A stretch of 64,000 nt of DNA from Laetmonice hystrix. Taxonomy: Eukaryota. Both the position numbers and the translations under genes were made by a program. The stretch's first letter is position 1, and each line of letters opens with the position of its first letter. Under the pieces are notes generated by a model that had not been told where the DNA came from, made no database searches, and saw only the letters and a program-made list of their open reading frames with translations. Location: contig OZ249436.1 in NCBI GenBank assembly GCA_965235115.1, forward strand, positions 43,526,001 through 43,590,000, in the 5' to 3' direction. Positions 37,580 through 48,031 of the stretch are shown piece after piece.

Positions 37580-39056
37580 TTGCCTCTATTTGCCTCCTTC
37601 CTAAATTTCAGACAGATACCTTGTGGGAATGGGAGTCTGGGAGTTTTGTGGGTTGAAGTGTCAGTCTGCACTGTGGGGTGGGGTGGCGTGTCTGTACATT
37701 ATGTGGGGTGAGACTCAGGCGGACAATTGCCTCTATTTGCCTCCTTCCTACATATCAGACAGATACCTTGTGGGGAAGGGAGTCTGGGAGTTTTGTGGGT
37801 TGAAGTGTCCGTCTGCACTGTGGGGTGGGGTGGCGTGTCTGTACATTATGTGGGGTGAGACTCAGGCGGACAATTGCCTCTATTTGCCTCCTTCCTACAT
37901 ATCAGACAGATACCTTGTGGGGAAGGGAGTCTGGGAGTTTTGTGGGTTGAAGTGTCAGTGTGCACTGTGGGGTGGGGTGGCGTGTCTGTACATTATGTGG
38001 GGTGAGACTCAGGCGGACATTTGCCTCTATTTGCCTCCTTCCTACATATCAGACAGATACCTTGTGGGAATGGGAGTCTGGGAGATTTGTGGGTTGAAGT
38101 GTCAGTGTGCACTGTGGGGTGGGATGACGTGTCTGTACATTATGTGGGGTGAGACTCAGGCGGACAATTGCCTCTATTTGCCTCCTTCCTACATATCAGA
38201 CAGATACCTTGTGGGGAAGGGAGTCTGGGAGTTTTGTGGGTTGAAGTGTCAGTGTGCACTGTGGGGTGGGGTGGCGTGTCTGTACATTATGTGGGGTGAG
38301 ACTCAGGCGGACAATTGCCTCTATTTGCCTCCTTCCTACATATCAGACAGATACCTTGTGGGGAAGGGAGTCTGGGAGTTTTGTGGGTTGAAGTGTCCGT
38401 CTGCACTGTGGGGTGGGGTGGCGTGTCTGTACATTATGTGGGGTGAGACTCAGGCGGACAATTGCCTCTATTTGCCTCCTTCCTACATATCAGACAGATA
38501 CCTTGTGGGGAAAGGAGTCTGGGAGATTTGTGGGTTGAAGTGTCAGTGTGCACTGTGGGGTGGGGTGGCGTGTCTGTACATTATGTGGGGTGAGACTCAG
38601 GCGGACAATTGCCTCTATTTGCCTCCTTCCTACATATCAGACAGATACCTTGTGGGGATGGAAGTCTGGGAGTTTTGTGGGTTGAAGTGTCAGTGTGCAC
38701 TGTGGGGTGGGGTGGCGTGTCTGTACATTATGTGGGGTGAGACTCAGGCGGACAATTGCCTTCTATTTGCCTCCTTCCTACATATCAGACAGATACCTTG
38801 TGGGGAAGGGAGTCTGGGAGTTTTGTGGGTTGAAGTGTCCGTCTGCACTGTGGGGTGGGGTGGCGTGTCTGTACATTATGTGGGGTGAGACTCAGGCGGA
38901 CAATTGCCTTCTATTTGCCTCCTTCCTACATTTCAGACAGATACCTTGTGGGGAAGGGAGTCTGGGAGTTTTGTGGGTTGAAGTGTCCGTCTGCACTGTG
39001 GGGTGGGGTGGCGTGTCTGTACATTATGTGGGGTGAGACTCAGGCGGACAATTGCC
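37580..39056. repeat. 147-bp tandem repeat, 10 copies
   Basis: Period measured 37580->37727; source of the spurious 421-aa ORF. Confidence 0.97.
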
Positions 39057-39057
39057 T

Positions 39058-39874
39058 GTACAGGTGCCACCCTTTCCTGCAGTGTTTAAACACCCGGTCT
39101 AGGGATCTCAAAGTACAGGTGCCACCCTTTCCTGCAGTGTTCAAACACCCGGCTTCGGAATCTCCCAGTACAGGTGCCACCCTTTCCTGCAGTGTTCAAA
39201 CACCCGGCTTAGGGAACTCCCAGTACAGGTGCCACCCTTTCCTGTAGTGTTCAAACACCCGGTCTAGGGATCTCCAAGTGCAGAGGCCACCCTTTCCTGC
39301 AATGCCACAACACCCGGTCTAGGAATCTCCCAGTACAGGGGCCACCCTTTCCTGCAGTGTTTAAACCCCCAGTCTAGGGATCTCCAAGTACAAGGGCCAC
39401 CCTTTCCTGCAGTGTTCAAACACCCAGTCTAGGGATCTCCCAGTACAGGGGCCAACCTTTCCTGCAGTGTTCAAACATCCGGTCTAGGGATCTCCCAGTA
39501 CAGGGGCCACCCTTTCCTGCAGTGTTCAAACACCCGGTCTAGGGATCTCCAAGTACAAGGGCCACCCTTTCCTGCAGTGTTCAAACACCCGGTCTAGGGA
39601 TCTCCCAGTACAGGGGCCACCCTTTCCTGCAATGCCACACCACCCGATCTAGAGATCTCCCAGTACAAGGGCCACCCTTTCCTGCAATGCCACAACACCC
39701 GAACGAGGGATCTCCCAGTAAAGGGGCCACCCTTTCCTGCAATGCCACAACACCCGGTCTAGGGATCTCCAAGTACAGGGGCCACCCTCTCCTGCAGTGT
39801 TCAAACACCCGGACTAGGGATCTCCAAGTCCAGAGGCCACCCTTTCCTGCAATGCCACACCACCCGATCTAGGG
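39058..39874. repeat. 55-bp tandem repeat, about 15 copies
   Basis: gtacaggggccaccctttcctgcagtgttcaaacacccggtctagggatctccca. Confidence 0.95.
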
Positions 39875-39974
39875 AAACACCCGGTGAAACATCTGGCAAA
39901 ACATTTTAGAATAGAGGGAAGACATATCACAGAGTATTTAACATACTTACATGTACCAATTAATAAAATCTTAT

Positions 39975-40382
39975 CTAAAAGTGACCAAGAGCCTCTATTT
40001 GTTGTGTTCGTTTCTTGTGAAACAGGTATTCCTTGAACCGTGTCATTAAAGGGTCATTTTCAGGTAATTTCTCTCTTTTTCTTTCTAGAATAGTTTTCCT
40101 TAGTTGATTGCCTGGTATTGATGGTAAGGATAATATGTCCGTTCCGTCTTCACCTACTGAACTTTTCTCACTTCCATTTGAATCTTGAAATGGTGGCCAT
40201 GATTCATGGTCAGATATATCGGTCGGAGATGAAATATGCTTATGGTTTTGATGGGGTTCTGTCTCCTGACTTTCAACAAAGGTAGACTGGTTGTTCTCTT
40301 TTTCCCCCTTTCTAAGCTGTGCCTTTCTTATTTTTCTTCGGATGTTTGACTGTTTCTTCTTTTTAGGATTATGCCTTCCCAT
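39975..40382 (-). CDS. 135-aa ORF of the CACTA-like element (basic N-terminus, acidic middle), function unknown, possibly truncated
   Basis: ATG 2 nt after acceptor tttttcag; protein-like composition; strong donor GTAAGT at 39950 just after the stop. Confidence 0.45.
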   Translation of the reverse strand: MGRHNPKKKKQSNIRRKIRKAQLRKGEKENNQSTFVESQETEPHQNHKHISSPTDISDHESWPPFQDSNGSEKSSVGEDGTDILSLPSIPGNQLRKTILERKREKLPENDPLMTRFKEYLFHKKRTQQIEALGHF

Positions 40383-42004
40383 TTCTGAAAAAGGTCACAG
40401 TGCACACGGCACGGGAAATTGCACTCATCGATATCAGTTAAATCTGCCCCCCCCCCCCCGAAAAATGTTGACGTTTAAGGTGTTATTTGGTGCATTTTGG
40501 ATCAGCCCCCATGGGCCTAGTAGTACGTATTAGTCCCCACGGGTGCCGGAAACGCCCCCGGCCTCCTCCCCCGGAAAAATTTGGAAATTTATTCCCACCA
40601 TATTTGGTGTGGTGCATTTGTGATCAACCTCCACACCCCTGGGCCTATAGTACGTATAGTCCTAACACATCTCACACCTTGGTGGGGGGGGGGGGGGTAA
40701 TGGCCAGAAGGCCCCATGGATTCGCCACTGGTGAGGAAATGTGGGTGAGGAGTGGGGGTCTGGTGTGGGTGGGTGAGGAGTGGGGTGGAGTGGGTCAGGA
40801 GGGTCTCGTGTCTCGGTGATGGGGGGGGGGGGGCTAATAGGCTAATAATACATGACCTAGGCTAGCCTACGGAATAGGTCCCCCGGAAATAAAAAAACAG
40901 GGCCGGATTCTGCGGCTATACATGACCCATCCATAAGGGGGTGTGCTTCGATTATGGTTGTCCAATAATTTATGTAAGAGCTTTTAGAGCTTTTTAGTTT
41001 TAGGCTTGACTTAATCCTCTTCTTGGCTCTGTCTCAAAGTCAATTGTTTTCGAGTCAGTGTCTATGACTTAAACTTCTAAAATCTATTTATTAAAGCCTG
41101 CCTTGCCTCTAGTATTCACTTTGTTGCAGTAGTGCAGATACTGTTAGGCCTGAGGCTGGATCGTAGGCTCTCTACGCCCCCTACGCCGGTCTAACTTCTA
41201 TAGTTGGACCTGTTAGTTTGTAATATGGTAAACAGTCAACTTGAGTTGTGACAGGTTTGTAACCAGGCCCGTAGCCAGGGGGTGTTCGAACGACCCCCCT
41301 GGACCCATAGTCCCCCGTGAAAGGGGGATCCGGTCCCCCTGACAGTCAGGCCCTAGCCAGGGGGTGTTCGGGTGTTCGAACAACCCCTCCCCCAACCCAT
41401 GGTCCCCCCTAGTATGGCTATGACAAAGTTCACAATTTCTATCTCCCGATGCCAGGAATAGCATTTTTATGCCTTCTAAATTTTAAAATGTCCTGGGTCT
41501 ATAGGCCGAAATGCTTTGAGAAACTTCACAATTTATATATCTCCAAATGCCAGAAAAATAGCAATGGGATTGCCTTCTAAACGAGACCCCTGCGCATGTT
41601 TGCGCTGTTCACTTTCCCAACGGCCCCCCCCCCCCCCGGACGCCGGGCATCCTGTCGGTCCCCCTTTGGCCCTCCTATCATCCTATGACATCTAAATAAA
41701 TAAGGGAACGTAAATAATTTTGCGTTAGCATCTTCTTGAGAGTCTACTTGACAAGTTGTGTTATAATTATTGTGCCCATGTCATTCACACGCAGGCCTAT
41801 TTTAATCAGTATGAACCATCTAACTAAGCTCAGAGAATGTTGTGATATACCGGTACTTCCACCACAGTTTCAGGCGCCAACAAAATGTCAGTCATTCTTT
41901 CTGTCACAAGTAGGAGCCAAACTAAATTTCTAGCCCTGCCTTCATCCTGTTAATTCATAGTTTTTAAGTTCAACAGAGGAAAGTTTAAGACAAGAGTCAC
42001 TCAC

Positions 42005-42180
42005 CTTGATTACGCCTATGTGCCTCGCTACAGCTGGCTATCGTCCGCCATGTTGTTTGCGTCGTTTGCGCGCCAACAGCGTCATGTATCGCCAACTGTG
42101 ATTGGACGGCAGGGATCTCTCGCCCTACTGCCCCAATTAAACCATTCTGACGCGTCATTGGCTGACAGGAGCTTGCTAGG
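42005..42180 (-). promoter_or_regulatory. Putative promoter and non-coding first exon of the element's transcript
   Basis: Minus strand shows CCAAT boxes, a TGACGCGTCA palindrome, AACATGGCGG (YY1-like) and donor AAG|GTGAGT at 42004. Confidence 0.45.
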
Positions 42181-42414
42181 TGGCGCTAGCTCCTGGCGAA
42201 TCTGATAAATCAGTCCGTTAACGGACATATGTCTGTTTATAGGAGGTGTCTAACATTTTTGTGGGGTGATTTCAGATTCACCCGAATTCACCCCAGATGC
42301 ATCTGTCCGAACGTGATTCCGAGAGATGCTTGTGGGGTTAACCCCACATGCTAAAGTCACCCCTCATGCCAACTTATACCTATGATTCTCCCCACAATGT
42401 AGCACCGGTCAGTG

Positions 42415-42415
42415 C

Positions 42416-42448
<33 letters not shown>

Positions 42449-42496
42449 GGCATAGTGTCGTCTGGCAGTACTGTGACATCTCTCTCTGTGGTAGGT

Positions 42497-42578
<82 letters not shown>

Positions 42579-42991
42579 GGCATAGTGTCGTCTGGCACAA
42601 TCTAATTAAAATTAGATCTTAGTTATTTCGCATGCGCTCCATACTAGGATCTAACGGTCACCTCAGGCTGCCCTTTGACCCAGATTCAAGTGTGCCGTTG
42701 AAAATGCCTGCGAGCGCGCACCGAAGATTTCGTAGGCAACTCGCTGATTGGCTGAATCCAGAGGTCAACCTGAGGTGACCCCTAATGGGATGTCCTTAGA
42801 TCTAGGTATGGAGCGCGGCAGCACTGACACAGCCGAGAGAGACGCGGAATACCAAGATCTAATTTTAATTAGATTGCGTCTGGCAGTACTGTGACATCTC
42901 TCTCTGTGGTAGGTGAGAGGGACAGGCAGAGAGACAGACAGGCATAGTGTCGTCTGGCAGTACTGTGACATATCTCTCTCTCTCTGTGGTA

Positions 42992-43050
<59 letters not shown>
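42415..43050 (+). repeat. Three degenerate tandem copies of the kringle-2 exon 3' end plus donor, interleaved with (GA)n/(GACA)n
   Basis: gtcgtctggcagtactgtgacatctctctctgtggtaggtg matches 29006-29045. Confidence 0.9.
42598..42876. mobile_element. MITE (Mutator-like), copy 2, opposite orientation to 19557-19850
   Basis: Same 23-bp TIR; 9-bp TSD CGTCTGGCA. Confidence 0.9.
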
Positions 43051-44797
43051 GTAGGACCTTCTGAACTCGTAAATGTGACCCTATTTCATAATAATTACAG
43101 CTACGGCATCCTTACACAGATTAGAACTTCATCGTCCTATCCAAACTTAATGTGCTACAGCAGGGACCGGTACGACAGTGCTGCCGCCACGTGGATGCGC
43201 CTGTAGTGTCCCGTTGCGCATGCGCCTCGACCCCCCCCCCCCCCACAACCCCCTCCCCCGATGCGGCCATAAGTGATTGCTCCCTGCATGAGGCACTCAA
43301 GCGTCATGCCAATGATTGTTTGTCTTTCAGAGGGGTTTCCCATCTCGAGCACAACGCGGAGGCCAACGACTCTCTCGACGACCAGGACAACCACAGTCCA
43401 ATCAGGTAACGTGTGACAAAACAAGGCATCCATTGTCCACAGAAACCATGAGTTCCTAGATTTACAGGTTTCTTATGTGAGATTCTGCGTATACCTTAAT
43501 TAGTAGGCCTACCTCTAAATCATCCTCTACCCCTGGATTTGAACTTGTTAAACTACATTTCAGTCACGTCTTCACAAAGTACAATCCCCGAGCGCGATGA
43601 CCGGCCAGTCTTAGGTAGGAATTCAGCAGTAAAGTCACACCTTACTCACACCAACTTGGTAGCCAGCTCCGTACCCTGCAAGGAGGTTCAAGCTTTGACA
43701 TTTTGTAGGCCTACCCATCGCCGTATTGCTTAAAAGAAAATACCATCGCCAGTCTGTATAGGCCAGGCACACATGCCGTGATATTCTAAGCAAGTTAAAA
43801 AATATTTGAACACAATTGGTGCTCAGATGGTTAAGATATAGGCACTTTAGTGCCGGAGGCTTCTTACAACCTGCTCAGCTGGTGAAGGCCGCCATTCCTT
43901 GGGCTAATCTCAAAGTGCGCATGCTCGCCCTAGGCGAGCATGCGCAGCACGACTGCTCTCCAGTTTGGGAGGAACTGAAAGCTGACGCACCTGTTGCATT
44001 GATCGATTTGGAACGTTGACAGCTTATAAGCAAAATTTGTTAGAACATAGACGAAAACCATCGATAGTGATGAGGAATGGCTAGGAAAAGCCTACCGATG
44101 TCAGGGGACATATCAGGGTGGACACGGATCTGGGCAGCCGTGGGTTTCGGCCGCCTGCATTCGTCCCACTTGGATTCGTGCATGCGTGGGATGTTGACGG
44201 GAGCTCTGGCCTCTGAGGCCCGGCGCCACTCTGACTACGACCGCGAGCAATGGCAGCTAGTGTCAGCACAGACCTGCTGCGTTTAGTTGTGACTGTGACT
44301 GTGACTGTGGGACTGACCCCCGTCGATTTGCCACCCGCCTCGGCTGCCGTTTAGCCTAGTAGCCTAGCCCTGGCATGCAAAAGATTAGCCCTGGAACGTC
44401 ACTTCCGGTCAGCCCAATAGCAACAAATGGCTGCGCTGCTGAAGCCAGTGATTTTGACACGGTTGTCATGTTCAATATATGACTTCTTGGAATAGGGAGA
44501 CATTTATTTCCAACCACTACTCTGAAAGGTGAGTATATATAGAGGCCTTGCAGCTGTCCAAATGTGATTTTTGACTGGTCTTCTCCTTTAAGAATTTTGT
44601 GACGTTATAACGTGGGCCATAATCGGCTTGCCATGACGATACGTTAGAAGCAGAAGCATCTTTGACGTAAGGGGCCCTCTAACCACAGGCCTAAATGTGC
44701 GGGCCGGAATATTAACCCTCTATGATCTAGTTTTTACTGGTTTTAAAAACAAATTCAGATAATAGTTTGGGCTTGGCCCGGTTCCGTCCACCCACAG

Positions 44798-45052
44798 AGT
44801 GCCAGTTGTCGCCGTCAGGTCACGATTATCGTGGTCACCAGACAGTCACAGTCGGTGGGTACACGTGTCAGCGATGGGACGCCATGACGCCACATAATCA
44901 CATCTTTACGGACGCCGCTAACTTTCCTGACGCCACCATCGGCGAGGCGGCGAACTACTGCCGAAACCCGGACCGTGGCTGGACCGAAGGGGCGTGGTGT
45001 TATACGACTCACCCTGCCCGCCGCTGGGACAAGTGCAACGTGCCCCTCTGCG
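44798..45052 (+). CDS. Kringle domain 3 exon
   Basis: ECQLS...YRG...CQRWD...NYCRNPDRGW...WCYTT...WDKCNVPLC; 255-nt phase 1-1 exon. Confidence 0.93.
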
Positions 45053-45522
45053 GTTAGACTAGGCCTGGGTTAATTTGACAAATTGGACTATCGTTAACGT
45101 CTGGCCTTTTCCTTTTTTTCGTCGCCTGACTGGATCAAAAGTTTTAGTGTTGAAACCAATAGATCCCCCGAGTTGATATTACTCGTTTTGGGCAACTTTT
45201 AGGCCTACTTGTATTTGTCCGTTAATTTTGACTCACCATGCACTTCATCAACTAACGCAGCAGTGGCGGATCCAGGACTTCAGAAAAGGGGGGCCAGACT
45301 TTTGTTGGATAATCAGTGGCCCATTTTCTGGGGGTCTGGGGGCTCTTCCCAGAATTTATTTAGCAACGTCGAAAACATGTTTTGTGAACATGTAGAGTAG
45401 AAATTTCTCCCAAATCTTTCAACGAAATTCCATTTTTTTTAAAGCATGAAACATAGAAAATATCCCCTGGATCCGCCACTGCGCATACCCACAAAATCAC
45501 ACGCTGATTTCGGTTGTTCCAG

Positions 45523-45792
45523 AGTGTAAACGGGATACCGTTGGGTTTGAATACCGCGGAATCACCCGCCACAGTCAGACCGGTCTCCCGTGTCAGTTCT
45601 GGGGTGGCTCCCTCTCGCGGCAGTACAACCTTACCGAGGACGAGTACTACCCGGATGGTGACCTACTTGAGGCGGCCAACAACTGCCGTAATCCAGCCTC
45701 AAGTCGGCCCGCCGGTCCCTGGTGTTTTACCGGCAATGATGGCGGCACCGACGGCCAGGTCGTCTGGGAATACTGCAACATCCCTTACTGTG
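45523..45792 (+). CDS. Kringle domain 4 exon (frame not in ORF track)
   Basis: ECKRDTVGFEYRG...CQFW...NNCRNPASSRPAGPWCFT...WEYCNIPYC; 270-nt phase 1-1 exon. Confidence 0.9.
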
Positions 45793-47051
45793 GTACGGTA
45801 CCCTTGACCCTGGTTTTTGGTTTGCAAACTGAGTCTTAAGATTTAAATCTTAAGACTGAACTCTTGTTTGAAACCTTCTGATTGGTCCTTCAAAAGAAGT
45901 CAGCCAATGAGAGACCATAACACAAGTTAGTCTTAAAATGGTAAAATGACGAACTAAAAACCGGGCCCAGTAGAATCTACGACCCAAACGTACCCACTGG
46001 CGGACCCAGGCTTTCAGTAAAGGGGTGGGGTGGCCACAGGAAAATAGTTCACGATTGTTTGCATTAAAGTTGGCCTGTATATGCGTTTCCCTAGCGGTAA
46101 CCCCGAGCATTATTAGCCTTGAGCAGTAGCCTGGTCCCCTGCCTACCAGACGCATACGTAGACAATATAGACCTGGGGACCAGGCTAGAGATGGCGTTTG
46201 ACCCAGCCATGGTGAAGGTCGCTTCCCCAGCGATGTGTGTCGGTCGCGACGGCACCGGCAACTTCTGGCCGCGATTGTGTAAAATGGTACGGTATTGATT
46301 GTCTTAAAAGTTGCCAGACATCAAGATTAACATGTTTTGTAGCCACCCAGCAATTTTTATAACTTACTCATCGACCGTTATTGAGAAACAAGCCGATCTC
46401 TTCAGTGTGCAGCTGACGCAGTCTGGGGCCACTGCCAGCGATGACATCATAGTCACGTGACGAATGGGCCACGGCGGCCAGGTCGAAGTCTGCTTCGAAA
46501 CGCATACAGCCCAACTTTAACTACAGATATGTTGTTGCATGTAGGACCTCTGTGTCATAAGTTACAACCACGTGCTTCATCATATCCATGTCCTAAGATG
46601 CACCAGTGTTGTAAATATGACAATGAAATTAGTATAATTTGGGAAGCTAAAGGGGGCACGCTCCCCCTGTGCTCCCTCCCCCGATCCGCCTTTGGTACCG
46701 GTATACATGTATAGGCCTAGGCAACTGCCAACTTCAGGGATGTAAGTTTTAACCTATAGATATTAGAAAAGCATGGTCCAAGAGTATGCCCCCAATACAT
46801 GTAGACTATTAAGTTTATTTCCATTATGTAGGCTGTTAAGTTGTTGTTTCTACTTTCCTCAAAAGGGCGGCATTAATGGCCGAGCTGCTGTCCAGAATAC
46901 TATAAACTATAAACATAATGACTCAGATGTGGTTTTGTAATGGGGGGGGGGGTTCTTTCCAAAAAAGATGGGAGGGGCAAGGAAAGAAAGAACCATGTAG
47001 CCTGAAGCGCACCTGAACCAAATATTTTCCTCGTCCTTATTGTGGATTCAG

Positions 47052-47279
47052 CCGGGTACGAGCCTACACCCACGACGTCGATCCCCGGACAGTCGTCAGA
47101 GGGAGCCACCAGCGCCGCCGACCAATCAAGCGAAGGTACCACGACCTTGACCTTGACACGATCCACCCATTCGTCGCCCACTAGAAGTCACGTGACTACA
47201 CATGGCCCTATCACAGATGGCCATCCCGTCATATCCTCGTCACAGTCCCCGATCGTAGACTTTACAGTGGACTTCCATG
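47052..47279 (+). CDS. Ser/Thr/Pro-rich stalk exon
   Basis: ttcag|...CATG|gtaacc, phase 1-1, AGYEPTPTTSIPGQSSEG... Confidence 0.75.
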
Positions 47280-47688
47280 GTAACCAGCCCTGCCCAGCCT
47301 CTAGATGAGCTATAAAGCCAATTAAACCTTTCTACTTTCTAGTTCTACCCACACATACAGAACCATGCACCAACCTACCTATAAGTCAAGACTCTCTTCC
47401 GTCCAACAAACCTTCGCTTACAAGAGCTCTATCGCATTCTGTCTATTTTTCAATGGTTAATATTTTAAACTACAAGTAGGGCTAAGGTCATAGGCCTAAA
47501 TGACAAATGGACCTAGGTCTACGAATCTAGATATAGCTAGGGATGGTCTAGATCTATACAATACAATGCCAACCATTACCATTTAGCACTTAAGTTTAGG
47601 CCTAAGTTGCTTCCATTTCGTGCTATCGGCGTTCAAAGTCGGGGTGAAAGAAAACAAGAAGGTTTTTCCCTATTTTCCCTATTTTCAG

Positions 47689-47951
47689 ATGAAGGTCTTC
47701 CTGCTGGTGCCAAGGCCGGCATTGCTGTGGGCATTATTGTCCTGCTCCTTTGTATAGGTGGCGCTACTGGTGGTTTGGTATGGTGGCGCCTCTATAGGAC
47801 ACCAAGAGAACGACTGATCGATGACAAGGTGACATTTGACAATCGTGACGATCCTCTCAGTCACTACGACCAGGTGACGTCACCGCCACGTCCCGTCACG
47901 ATTGACGTTAGCAACGGTACTCCGCGCCGCGAGTCGTCAACGTTCGCATGA
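47689..47951 (+). CDS. Transmembrane and cytoplasmic tail exon (last)
   Basis: Strong polypyrimidine acceptor; GAKAGIAVGIIVLLLCIGGATGGLVWW followed by basic residues; stop at 47949-47951. Confidence 0.85.
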
Positions 47952-48025
47952 ATGCTTCTCACACAGAAAACAAAATATTTTAAGAGGCTTTTAGACCTCC
48001 CTCTTTTATAGGCCAAAATAGGCCA

Positions 48026-48031
48026 AATAAA
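48026..48031 (+). terminator. Putative polyadenylation signal of the kringle gene
   Basis: AATAAA 75 nt after the stop codon. Confidence 0.5.

Larger units (their letters stand above)
29059..42414 (-). mobile_element. 13.4-kb CACTA/EnSpm-like element without visible transposase, in intron 4 of the kringle gene
   Basis: 26-bp imperfect TIR (TACCGACAATTGATACATTGTGGGGA vs reverse complement of right end CACTGACCGGTGCTACATTGTGGGGA, 20/26); many TGTGGGGT(G) subterminal motifs at both ends; splits a (GACA)n tract with CA duplication. Confidence 0.7.

Noticed and set aside
37623..39247. 421-aa Cys/Trp-rich ORF and neighbours
   Set aside because: Translation of a 147-bp tandem repeat, broken by a 1-bp indel in later units; no splice or domain support
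27908..47951. Naming the kringle gene plasminogen, apo(a), HGF, Kremen or ROR
   Set aside because: No protease, PAN, WSC, CUB, Frizzled or kinase domain is visible, so no symbol was assigned
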